DNA of 64,000 bases from Zygnema circumcarinatum SAG 698-1b (lineage: Eukaryota; Plantae; Zygnematophyceae). The stretch spans positions 1,955,361 through 2,019,360 of the forward strand of contig CM074805.1 of the NCBI GenBank assembly GCA_037447605.1. Direction: 5' to 3'. A program made the translations under genes and the position numbers. This document shows, in pieces, positions 35,351-46,900 of the stretch (position 1 is its first letter; each line of letters starts with the position of its first letter). The notes below the pieces were generated by a model. It was not told where the DNA came from. It saw only the letters and a list, made by a program, of their open reading frames with translations, and ran no database searches.

Positions 35351-35897
35351 TAGGGATGGCCCGCGTTATAAATTCCGAATATATTATATAATTTACAACG
35401 GGTTTAAAATTAGTAATATATTACAAACTAAAACACTTTATTACATATATTATACCCACTCGTTTTGAACAATTATCGACCGTACGACCGTACTCACACG
35501 GTCGTACGGTCGTACCATACCATTATTAGGTCGTTTTGGCGTTGGCGTTGCGAAATGCGTCCGTCTGGTTCACTCTGTCTGCTCGTGCTCGGGCCGCATA
35601 ATACCGTACAGTCGTACGACCGTGCGACCGTACATGTTGTAAAGGCGTTGTAAATTAATATATATCAGCCGTTATCTAGTCGTCACAGTTGTATAATAGG
35701 GGGTGTCAGACTTAAAAAATTTCAGTACGCGTGTTCGTAAGTTTGACATCAGAACGAGTACTCCAGTATAATCGCGATCCGGCTGCGGCGGAGTACTTTC
35801 GTAACCTTTTTTTTCGTAACGCTTTTCGTAAGATTTTGTTAAGTCTGACACCCCCTAATATATAATATAATATATAGTCGTAACTAATCCATCCCTA
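35351..35897 (+). mobile_element. hAT-family MITE
   Basis: TIRs TAGGGATGG / CCATCCCTA and perfect 8-bp TSD GTCCACAC (35343-35350 and 35898-35905). Internal CGTACGAC hairpin repeats. Confidence 0.93.
35699..35855 (+). mobile_element. TA-TSD MITE nested inside the hAT MITE
   Basis: Perfect TIRs GGGGGTGTCAGACTTAA / TTAAGTCTGACACCCCC flanked by TA. Absent from the second hAT copy at 38081. Confidence 0.92.
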
Positions 35898-36098
35898 GTC
35901 CACACACGGCGTTATCGAAGAGATTGGGTTCGAAATCGGTACACACATTCTTGCAAAATATGTGAACCGCGCTAGATCTGAAAGCACTGCCTTTTGACTA
36001 AATTCCGAAGCGCGATGATGACATGATTGAGATGCCCTATTTTGCAGAACGGCATGTCCTACTTTCGAATAGCATTTTTGGGGGGAAATGGTAGAGAA

Positions 36099-36660
36099 CA
36101 AAGATCGGACCATTGACCATCGGCCTGCCATTTGGAACCACTGACAATGATTGGGTTCCAATCATTTCCAATGGTTGGCTGGTCCGCCTATCGATGGTTG
36201 CAACCAGTAGAGCTTGTCAGACTTAACAAAATCTTACGAAAAGCATTACGAAAAAGAAAGTTACGAAAGTACTCCGCTAAAGGCGGATCGCGATGTCACC
36301 GGCGTACTCCTTTTGGTGTAAAACGTACGAACAGACATACTGCACTGACGTTTTTAAAGTCTGACAAGCCCTATTGCAGTGGTTGTCAACCATTGAATCA
36401 ATCCAATGGCTGCCAACCATTGGCAATATTCAAAACAATTACCTAGAAAAGCACAATATTTGTACGCCGTTTGCAGCTCACATATGTTCAGGGGAACCTT
36501 CGACCATTAATTATACCGCAAGTTACATACACATGTCAGTGAAAAAGTAGAAATGACCTGCAAGACTCCTTAACCAATGATTGGCACCACTGCCAATGGT
36601 TGGTTGATTGGCTGTCTAATTGGCTTCCACTGAACCAGAAACTGATCCACTAGGGCGAAT
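36099..36660 (+). mobile_element. Old degenerate copy of the CACAG-terminus element
   Basis: Starts CAAAGATCGGACCATT, like 17714. Contains GGTT-NNN-AACC palindrome relics and ends near ctgatccact. Confidence 0.6.
36210..36371 (-). mobile_element. TA-TSD MITE (variant TIR GRGCTTGTCAGACTT) nested in the relic at 36099
   Basis: TA|GAGCTTGTCAGACTT...AAGTCTGACAAGCCC|TA. The internal sequence is the reverse complement of that in 35699-35855. Confidence 0.85.
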
Positions 36661-37009
36661 GCCGAGTGCCTCATTTCAGACTGCCCAACGGAACTGTTCC
36701 TACATGGAGATGCGTGAGATCGGTGCGACGACACGTGTACAGCCCCCAGCGTGACGTTTTGTAGTGACGGGAGGACGGTTCCATGTGGACTGTTCCGCTG
36801 CCGTCGACGCCAGGTGCGATGTACGAAAGTCACACGTTCAATTTTGTCACACGTGTGAACTCCCTCCGATCTACCGTCGATTGACGATCGTACGACTCGC
36901 TTGACTCATACGCCTGCCCGGGGTTCAGGGCTGCATGTATAGTACGAAAACCCCCTCCTGTACAGTACACCGACCGTCGTATTGCTGACGTGCGGATAAC
37001 GCTAGCGAA

Positions 37010-37625
37010 GCTGATTTTTTGTCATTTATTTCAGAGTACAGTCTAATCCCACAGCAAGGGGGGGAAACTTTCATTGAACTCGCGATGGCGAGGCCATCAA
37101 ATGTACATGGACAAAGGCAAAATGCGGAACCACGAAGGACTGGTCACAAAGGACCAAAACACAATAACACGAAGCTAGGAGCGGAAAACTACGCCTAGGC
37201 ACAACAACGCAGCCCTAGAAGCAGCCGCGAAGGTCACCNNNNNNNNNNCGGCCGTGGGGACACCAGGTGGCTCGGCTCCCGTCGCACAAGGTAGTTAGCT
37301 TCTTGAGCCACCGCAGCAATCGCATCGCGCACAACATTATGAGCCAAAATGCGTTCGCCCCCATGTGCGCATCGAAGAAGATGAACGCCTTGCGCATCAA
37401 TCGAATCACCACAAACACAACGAGGAGAACCCTGCAATGGCGGATGGGGGAGCCCGAGACGAAGTCGCGCTGCAAGCTGAAACTGGCCTGGGGTCAAACG
37501 AAGGGTGGAAAATATCGGGGTAACAGCCAACCAAGCCCCAGCTCCAGGACCCGCACAAGAACGAAGCCGAGCACGCGCAACATCAGAAGGAAGAGCCGCA
37601 ATAAGGGTAGAAAACACGCAGTCTA
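37010..37625 (-). mobile_element. 5'-truncated CRE-like (RLE) non-LTR retrotransposon
   Basis: ORF 37234-37617 reads ARARLRSCAGPGAGAWL...RLRLGLPHP...CVCGDSIDAQGVHLLRCAHGGERILAHNVVRDAI (CCHC knuckle before the RLE). Its 3' UTR matches 42650-42830. Confidence 0.85.
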
Positions 37626-37895
37626 ATCACGTTATAGTGACACTGTTTATAAGATCAGCATGGATATACTGACTTTTTTTCCGGGAACGGAATTGCACCA
37701 CTGCAGATCCTGCGCCAGTAGTGACGCCATTACGGATATAATGACGTTGAAAAACCCTGATTGTTACTATATATTCAAAATGTCGATATTATCCACCCAC
37801 GTATTGGAATATGCGTTACAAATATATTACGACCGTACACAAATCGACTAATATCGTCGTATATCGACTTGACCGTACATATCAAGTTGACCGTA

Positions 37896-38075
37896 CAGTA
37901 GACCCCCCCAATATTTTCGCCCCTCTTATTTTCGCTCCCCAATATTTTCGCCCTGAATTTGCCATAATATAATACTGCCCGCCTATTGTTAACACGCACC
38001 CTTATATTTTCGCTACCCAATATTTTCGCCCAATATTTGCCGAAACCATGGCGAAAATATTGGGGGGGTCTACTG
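37896..38075. mobile_element. Tc1/mariner-type MITE
   Basis: Long TIRs CAGTAGACCCCCCC..AATATTTTCGCC / GGCGAAAATATT..GGGGGGGTCTACTG with TA TSD. A degenerate copy lies at 42901-43080. Confidence 0.9.
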
Positions 38076-38080
38076 TACAC

Positions 38081-38465
38081 TAGGGATGGCCCGCGTTATA
38101 AATTCTGAATATATTATATAATTTACAACGGGTTTAAAATTAGTAATATATTACAAAGTAAAACACTTTATTACATATATTATACCCACTCGTTTTGAAC
38201 AATTAACGACCGTACGACCGAACGAGTACGGTCGTACGGTCGTACGGTCGTACCATACCAAAATTAGGTCGTTTTGGCGTTGGCGTTGCGAAATGCCTTC
38301 AATGGTTTTCTGTCTGCTCGTGCTCGGGCCGCATAATACCGTACAGTCGTACGACCGTACGACCGTACATATTGTAAAGGCGTTGTAAATTAATATATAT
38401 CAGCCGTTATCTAGTCGTCACAGTTGTATAATATAATATATATTATATATATATATATTATATTG
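38081..38465 (+). mobile_element. Second hAT MITE copy (left part), interrupted in its TA-rich tract
   Basis: Near-identical to 35351-35698. A probable right end (aattaatccatcccca) lies at about 42853-42868. Confidence 0.85.
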
Positions 38466-38471
38466 ACAGTC

Positions 38472-41400
38472 TTAGTCAACAGTCTTAGTCTCCTCTTTAC
38501 CTCTGATAGACTCTAGGCCCCGCGAACGGCGCTTCCGACCGTTGCGCCTGCTGCCGCTGCCTCTGCCGCGGCCACGTGGCAGCCTCTTGTCGTTGTCTTT
38601 GCGTTTTCCTGTCGCGTGTCTTGCTGCATTGCTCTGTTTTTGTTGTTTGTGCTTCTTTTCGTTTTTTGTTTTTTGTTTTTGGTTGTTTTGCTGCTGTTTT
38701 GCTGCGGTTTTTTCTGTTCTAACGTTTCTCGCCTTGTTTTCTGACATTTTCTGCCGTAGCTTGTCTTGCTGTGTTGCGTTTTCCCTTTTGTCTCCCCCTT
38801 TGCGTCTCTTCGTCCTTGTGCTTCTTCTTTTTGAGCTGCTCTCGCCTTTTATGCCCTTTCCACCCTTTTTCTGCTGTTTTTCTCCTTCCTTTCCCTTCTC
38901 CCTTCCCGTCGCCTCCCTGGTCCCTTCCCTTCCCTTCCTTTCCTTATTCCTCCACCTCTGTTTCCCTATCCCTTCCCTTCCAATCCCTTCCTTTGTCCTG
39001 CCCCTTCCTTTTCCTTCTCCCTTCCTTTCTCCTTCTTCCCTTCCCTTCCTCTTTCCTCCCCGTTTCTCCTCCTCTCCTTTCCTTTCCTCCTCCCTTCCTT
39101 TCCCATCCCCTTCCTTTCCCGTATTCCCCCCTTTCTTCTCCCTTCTCTCTTCTCTTTCCTGTCCCTTCTCTTCCCTCCTCTTCCCTTCCCTTTCCTCCCC
39201 CCCCCCCGCCTCCTCTCCCTTTCTTTCCCTCCCCTTCCTCTACCCCTTCCCTTCCATCCCCTTCCCTTATCCTTTCCCCTTTCCCTTCTTTTCCGTACCC
39301 TTATTCCTCTCGCCATTCCTTTCCTTTCCTCTCCCTCCCCTTCCCGTCCCTTCCCTTCTCTTCCCTACCCTTCCCTCCCCTTTCTCCTCCCCGCCCACCC
39401 GCTTCCCTTCCCTCATCCATTCCCTTCTCCTTCGTCATGCCTCTTTGTCGCTCCTCTCGTTCCCCTTCCCCTTCCCACCCCCTTGCCTTGTCATCTGCTG
39501 TTGCTCTTCCCCCTCCTGTCCGTTCTTCCCCTCTTCCTTCTTCCCCTCCCGCTGCTCGCCCCAGGCCTCTCCCCCGGGTTCCTTGTGATCATTGTGGAAA
39601 TTGTTTTGGTCAGGGTGCGGGTTTGTCCCGGCATATGCGCGCGTGTCCTCTTCGTCCTCCTCCCATTGTCGACCCTTCTTCTACTCCCTCTTCTTCTCTA
39701 CCCGTCACTGCCACCCCTGGGTCTACTTTGCATGTTGGGCCTAGTCCGGCTGCTTGGGTGTATGCTCGGTCTTTAGATGTCCTTGGGTCGTTTTTTGTTG
39801 GGTCCCGTCGTCCTCGTCTTTACGCTCGTATCCCACGGGCTTTGCGTGTTTGTGTTCGTGATGCTTTGCGTTTGCCTCTTGCTCGTCTTGCGTGTGATCC
39901 ATCAGATGTTGCTGCTTGGCATGTCCTTCTTCTTTTCCCCCTTTGGGTTTTAATTTTGCCCCCTCGTGGTGGGGCCAGCGCCGTTCGCGAGACCCGTCGG
40001 CGATGTCTTCGGTTTTTGGGTGGGGATTGGGGCTTTGCAGGCGAGAAACACGCTGATCATTAGGTGCCTATTAGAAACGTCTGCCGCCACTTCGCCCGCC
40101 CTCTCCTTTGGACGCCTCCGGCTCGACGCATGCGACCGAGCGAGTTCAGTTAGGCGATGCGAGTTGTCACCAGCTGCTGCGGCTCGCCGACCCGCTACGC
40201 CGCTGGCCAACAAGCGACACTTTGGATGCGCCAGGACTCTCCATCGGATCGCCTCTTGATGTCCCTTCCTTCATCGACACTTTTGAGCCTGTCGACTCGT
40301 TTGTGCTTGATCGTGCCGCTTTCATTCGGGCGCTTACTCGCTCCCCTCATTTGTCTGCAGGGGGGCCTTCGGGCATGGTTTATGAGTTGCTTCGTGATGT
40401 GTTTTCTCCAGACACGGGGATAGTGGGTTTTGGTTTTGCTTTTCAGCTTGCTTGTGTGTCATATCGCCCGGGAGTAGGTGTTCCCTGCGTCCGTGGAGTC
40501 ATATTCTTCGTCAGCTCGTTTAGTTTGCCCGCCCGCGGCCTGCGGGGGATTAAGCCCCTTAGCCGTGGGGAGGTTTTGTATCCGCATAGTTGCTCGGCGC
40601 TATGTGTTTTCAGTTACAAGGGGCCTTCAGGATCATTTTTTCCCCTTACCAGTTTGGTGTGACCCTGAGAGTGTTGCGAGGCGTAGTTCATGGCATTAGA
40701 TGCGGCGTTGGATCTTCACCCGTTGGGTTGTTTTGCAGGTTGATGTGACAAACGCTTTTATCGGTGGATCGTCCTTGAGATTTTCGCCCGAGTTACGAGG
40801 CCCTGCACCGATTAGCGTCCCTTTTTCCTTTGATAGCACATTTATTCTGCGTTGAGCCCGCTCCTTTTCCTCTTGGCGATGCATCTGAGGTGGAGTGGCG
40901 ACCTTGGAATTTCGCGACGGGACCACATAAAGCTGACCCATAGGAGGAGGTCCTTTGTTACGCTTTGGCGCACATTACGTCGCGCCGAGCTTCGACCGCA
41001 GGCTTTTCCAGGCTGCCTTTTTTTCCATCAGTGGCCGGCGATACTCATATCGTGGCCCTGCTGACCCCAGTCGTTACGCGTTTACTGATTTTACTACTTT
41101 CGATTGGCGCTATGCGTTTTGGCGGTAAATTTGTCGAGAAGTGTTTTGCTTGGTCTCGGTTGGTATCCCTTCTACCCTTCGGCTCCTTGGTATCCAGACT
41201 TGTGCTGATGGAATTGGTATTCGTGTTTTAGGCTGCCCTTTCGGCGTTGCTTCTTATGTTGATAGTTTTGTTGATGATGCTTTGGTTGAGGATACGTCTC
41301 AGGTCGATGTGCTTCCACATCTTTCAGATCTCGGGTGGCTTTTTCTTTGCTTACTCGTTGTTTTGCTTTGCGTCCGTCATACCTTTTGCGAACTCTCCCT

Positions 41401-42830
41401 CCTAACCCTGCTTTCCTTGAGTCATTGCAATCTTTCGATGAGCGTTTGTTTTCTGTATGTCATCGCCTTTTGGGTCCTGGTATTTTTGTTCGACCGGAGG
41501 GTCCGCTTGCACGTACGCAAGCCTCGCTCCCTATTTCGGCAGGCGGTTTAGGACTCATCCCGACAGTTCGTGTGGCGCCTTCTGCGTTTTTGGGTAGTTG
41601 GGCTCTCGTTGCTCCTATTTTGGCTTCGCGTTTTATTGTGGCTGATCGTCCGTTGCTTCAGTCTGTTGTCGCTCATGTTGATGATGGTGATCTTCGTTTC
41701 AGGTTGCATTAGCGTGGCGCCCATGGTTTGCTTCCTGCTAGTGTGCTCAGGCTGCGTCGCCCCGTTTGTTTAAGCTTGCCGTGAGTCTGTTCCACGTGTC
41801 CAGATCACTTTGACTGATGATGTTGTTGCTGCTGAGTTCTCTACCCTTATTGCGGCTCTTACTTTTGATGTTGCTCGTGCTCTGCTTCGCTCTTGTGGGG
41901 GTCCTGGGGCTGGGGCTTGGTTGGAAACGTACCCGATATTTTCCACCCGCCGTTTGACCCAGGCCAGTTTCAGCTTGCTGGTAGCGACCGTCTCGGGCAT
42001 TACGGGGTTCTCCTGCGTTGTGTTTGTGGTGATTCGATTGATGCGCGGGGGCGTTCATCTGCCGATGTGCACCGCGGTAGAAGCGCATTTTGGCTCATAA
42101 TGTTGTCGCGTCACGTTGCTGCGGTGGCTCAGAAGCTAACTACCTTGTGCGGCCGGGAGCCGAGCCACCCTGGTGTCCCCGGCCGACTGACCGTGGCGGT
42201 AGCGGAGTTAAACCCTGATTTAGCTCTTATGGATGGTGCGGTATTTTGGGGATATTGTGTTGGCGATCAACCCGTCAGCGATTTATTGTCCGCGTGCAGC
42301 ACATCATGAAGGCGTGGCTGCTTTCGCTGATCAGGCCCTTCGCGGGAAGCGTGCATATGCTCACCGTGATGCAACCCGGCGAGTTTTGTTCCTATGGCTG
42401 TGAGATTTTTAGGCACCTCGACACCCACGTTTGGATACCTTCCTTAGCCAGTCGCCCGCCGCTCTTCGAGATGCTGCGGCCCCGGAAGCCCTCCTCCGGC
42501 GATCTTGGCTACACCTTTTATCGACAGCATTTCCGTCGCCCTTCAAAGCGTTGCCACCATCTCGCTACTTGGCGTGCTGCAGTTGTTAGTGACCGTGTTG
42601 GTGGACTTCCGCAGCTCCCTCCTCGCAGCGTGCCTCACGCTCCCACGATTTGACCTTCGCGCTGGCCGCTTCTAGAACTGCGTTATTTGTGCCTAAGTGA
42701 TTTTCGCTCCTAGCCGTTTTATTGTGTTTGGTCCTTTGTGACCAGTCGCTAAATAGTTCCACATTTTGCCTTTATCCATTGTGAAATTTGACGGCGAAGC
42801 ACGCGAAGTTCAATTTAAAGCCATAGTTTT
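38472..42830 (+). mobile_element. Near full-length, frameshifted CRE-like RLE non-LTR retrotransposon
   Basis: Polypyrimidine leader, then C2H2 finger (CDHCGNCFGQGAGLSRHMRAC), RT relics (SAGGPSG, GIKPL..GE, LQVDVTNAF, DP..GP, FPSVAGDTHI, GIRVLGCPFG), GAGAWL motif and CVCGDSID knuckle. 3' UTR shared with 37010-37230. Confidence 0.88.
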
Positions 42831-42900
42831 TCCATTATATTATATACCGTAGAATTAATCCATCCCCATCAGACACATTGCCGATTTGTGGTTCGTGATG

Positions 42901-43080
42901 CTAGACCCCCAATATTTTCGCCCCTCTTATTTTCGCTCCCCAATATTTTCGCTCAATTTGCCAAAACTACTTTTAATATAATATCGCTCGCTTATCGTTA
43001 ACATCACACTCCTTATATTTTCGCTACCTTATTTTCGCCCAATATTTCGCTGAAAAACCATGGCGAAAATATCGGGGCTC
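42901..43080. mobile_element. Degenerate copy of the Tc1-type MITE
   Basis: tagacccccaatattttcgcccctcttattttcgctcccc...catggcgaaaatatcgggg aligns with 37896-38075. Confidence 0.8.
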
Positions 43081-43993
43081 CATCACACCTACCCAATGCT
43101 GATGACGCCCAAAAAGCATAAATCGCATTTGCACGCCGTACGGGTATACCGAAAACATATGTACAACATTGTTACTATAAATGCGGGAATGACAACGTAA
43201 TACTGATATAATGACACAAATGCGTGGGGACCGACACAGTCACTATAACGTGATTAGACTGTACCGTACAGAGGATCTGTTGAACGGTAGTGCTGCACCT
43301 GCACAAAGGTGGATCCGCCAGTTGGTAAGCGCCACCTGGCGCCCAGGACTTTTCGGCCCCGGGCAAGAGTCCAAACCGCCGCCCTTCGGGCGCACGGGAC
43401 GGCCGTTTGGTCCGTACGGCCCCATTCATGGCTTGATCCGGCGGGGCCAAGGGACCGTACACCCCTGGCACTGTGCAACGACCGTACATTTTTGTACAGT
43501 AGCGGTACGGACCAGGCCCCTTCTGCTGTCCTGGGGCTGAGATAGGGCGACAGAACACGACAAAAGTCTTCTGTGAAGTCTCTAGTTTTATTTTCACCTT
43601 TCTTTCCATCGTTGAACAACCGCGCTGGGGCCTCTGACAGCCGTTCGATCGCGATCGGACGGCTATTAGAGGGGCATGACGCGACGGACGTCGACAGGGA
43701 GGGCGGCGCCTTGGCGCTGGAGGGAGGAGCAGTCAGGGCCTCGGCCATGGCGTGCGGGCCCTTGGCAGCTGCGGGGGATCAGGAGCAGCAGCAGCAGGAG
43801 GAGGAGGAGCAAGGAGCCATGGCAGCGGTTCTAAATGCTGCGAAGTAAGGAGGACGCGTGAGCATAAGTGACGCGTCCTCAAGGCGAGGAAGGCGGGGGG
43901 GCAGAAGCGGGAAAAGGGAGAGGCTATGCAGGTTTTGAGTTGTGAAGTATTTCTGAAAGAGGAGGAGAGAGGAAGGGAGTGCTCGCGGTTTAG

Positions 43994-46900
43994 GCCAAGG
44001 TGCTTCCAGTAATAGGAAAGGATAGCCATGGCTGCTGCGAGGGAGCTGCGCGAGGACTTGCAGGGCGACGGGGACGACGGCATGGTCGCAAGCTGGAGGA
44101 GAGAGGGGAGGGCGGGCAGGGACTCTCCCTCCGAGTGGGAGGCGCGCTGGTTGCAGGAATAGCGCTGGCACTCCTTCTGGCAGGGCATGCGGGAGCGGGA
44201 TGGAGGGTGGAGGCAGAGAGGCTGTGGGAGGAAGGGAGGGACCAGCGAGAGGGAGGCCTGCAGGAGAGTGGCGGAGAAGGAGGGGGGACTTTTTCTTCTG
44301 AAGAGTCTCTCGGCGGAAGGCATCTGCTTTACAAGCGGGGGAGGGGGAGGGGGAAGTCTTACCCTAAGCTGGGGCCATGGCCGGTAAGAATTCGCTTCTG
44401 AGAGTCCTGAGGCAGGAATTTTAATTAGGATCGAAGGCACATCCTTACAGTTATGAAATCGAACGAATGCGTGCACTTGAGCTGAGTTATGATGGAGTGG
44501 AACTCCTTCAGTAGGGTCATAGTAAACAGCAGCATCAGCTACAGTGAAATTTGAAAGGGGTTGAAGCTATCAGCTTTCGGTGCTTTCTGTTGCCTTTGTG
44601 GATACGTGGAGTTGGCCTTGCTGCGCTCCTGCTATTGTTCGCCTTGTTAGGGCTAAGTCTATGGTGGACTTAAATACCTTTGGAGGAAATCGCGCAAGAA
44701 AGAAGAAAGTGATTGAAAGTGCGCATGAAGTGCGCAATCGTTGGGGAACAATAGTCTACGTCCTAATGTCCATTCTATCTGCTGCAGGGCGTTGATTTGT
44801 CTTATGTAGGCAGTCATATGCGACGGCACTATCGATTTTTAGACCTCAAAGCGAAGAGATGCGGATTAATTCGAGATTTGAGGGGGCTGTTGTGGAACGA
44901 CCACGCCAACTATGATAACTTAACCAGATGGAAAAGTCCGGCTATCCCGGGATCTATGTTCGACCATACAATAAGCTTTCGCTATCGGAGGACAAAGAAG
45001 TGGAACAGACTCCTCCGTCGCCACACTTCAAAGTATCAGGTGAGAAAGAGTGCAAGGGAGGTGTTGTTGCAAAGAACAACGGAGTGAAAGCTAACCGAGC
45101 ATCTGCAGTGGGGTTAATGAGACACTAAGTTTGATATCCTGATTAGCCTCTGAGGGGACAGCAGTGACTGCCCTGTTCAAGGGCTACATTCCATGCAAAC
45201 ATCATTCTGCAGTGTGGCGCTGAAAAAATGGGAGCGATTATTAAATTATTCTCTTGGCTATATGAGTTTCTCTTGAATGCAGTGCACTGTCCTTCTTCGG
45301 GGTGTTGACTACGAGAAGCTGAGAGATTGTCCTCTTGTGAAACAAAGGCCATTTGACGGAGAAGTAGTTGCACCGCGCGTCGAGCCGGACGAGCAGCTCA
45401 CTCTCATAGCCGTGGTCTTTCCGCAGGTGACCCGCCACGACCTCCGGCTGAGAACCATCAGACTCCGTTTGGATGGCAAATTTGCATGAAGCTGACCAGA
45501 CTCAGAGCTGCGACTTCGTTCCATTGCCATTTTTCACCGCGTTCTCGATTGCTCTCTCACTGCTTCTCCTGTAGACGGTGCCCCCTAGCTTGATCTGTGG
45601 CCTTTGACAGCTGCAGTGCCGCTACTTTCTTGGCAGTATCACGCCTTCGAGAAGAACAACCAGTTTTGGGGCACCAACTTCACGGAGTGGTCGAACCTGA
45701 AGTTGGCCTTCTTCAACCCCTGGACGCTGCAGACCATCAAGCACCCCATCAGCAGCCATGGCGGCTACTACAACTTTCTGGATCACGACCAGCGCCAACT
45801 CACAGGGCGCTTGGCGAAGCATTACGGAATTGGGGTGAGCACAGGCTCAACAAAATGCCCAACATGGAGTTTGCTTTATGAGGCAACTGAATCTGCAACG
45901 TAGAGTGCAATGAAACGAAGCTGTTTCAGAGAAATCATGTTTCCGTTTGCTGGGAAGTTGGGTTTCAGGGTTTGGCTTACCACCACTATTGGTATAATTG
46001 CGACACGCGATTCATGGAAGAGCCTCTCCTGCGCATTTTGGAAGATGGAGAACCAGACCTTCCCTTCTCTTTCATTTGGGCCAATCACGCTTGGACGCGT
46101 GTCTGGGATGGCTTCAATGGAGAGGTCCTCCAAGATCAGGTGAGATGCACTGGCGAGCCGTCGAGAGCCACCGCAACCAGTAGCATGCACACACACACAC
46201 ACACACAACTCCGCACACTGGAATGGGTACATCGAATCTACCGAAATAGATTACTCCCTCACACGTGAAGCTCCTCTTGCCTTTTTGCTCACGCTGCAGA
46301 AGTACGGAGAAGAGCATTGCTGGCGTCGGCATTTTGAGTGGCTCCTGCCCTTTTTTGAAAGCCCAAAGTACATCAAAGTCAACGGAAAACCTCTATTCGT
46401 GTTCTATGTCCTACACGAAATCCCTCCAGGAGTGTTTGAAGCCATGGTGGCTCTCTGGCGGGAGCTCGCAGTAGAGAAGGGACTTCCGGGATTGCACATA
46501 GTGCAGTCCCTCAATTTGTGGGACACCGAGGTTTCCCCTGTTGTAGACGCTGTGATGGAGTACCAACCCAACATGCGGCGCGCCTATGTGAAGCATCAGA
46601 CAGAAGCTCGGGCTGAGAAAAGGATGCACCCCACGCACTACAGAGGCGAGTATTTGGGATGGGATAACTTTCCAAGGCATAATTCAGAGCTTGGATATGT
46701 GAACGGGGGCTTTGACGACGACCCCATCCATGTGGAGGCGAGGCTGAGGCATCGGATGAGGGTGGCAAGGAGGGACCCCAACAAGGAGACTCCCAACCTC
46801 TTCTTTCTCACCGCTTGGAACGAGTGGGGGGAGGGGAACAATCTCGAGCCTGACAACGTGTTCGGGTAAGCGACGGTCCACTTGACCTAAAGTCAAGGAA

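Noticed and set aside
38542-39588. 348-aa Phe/Pro/Ser/Leu-rich ORF
   Set aside because: It is a by-product of a polypyrimidine tract that cannot contain stop codons.
43733-44476. 247-aa minus-strand ORF
   Set aside because: Low-complexity and GC-rich, antisense to the probable 5' exons of the WbsX-like gene, with no motifs.
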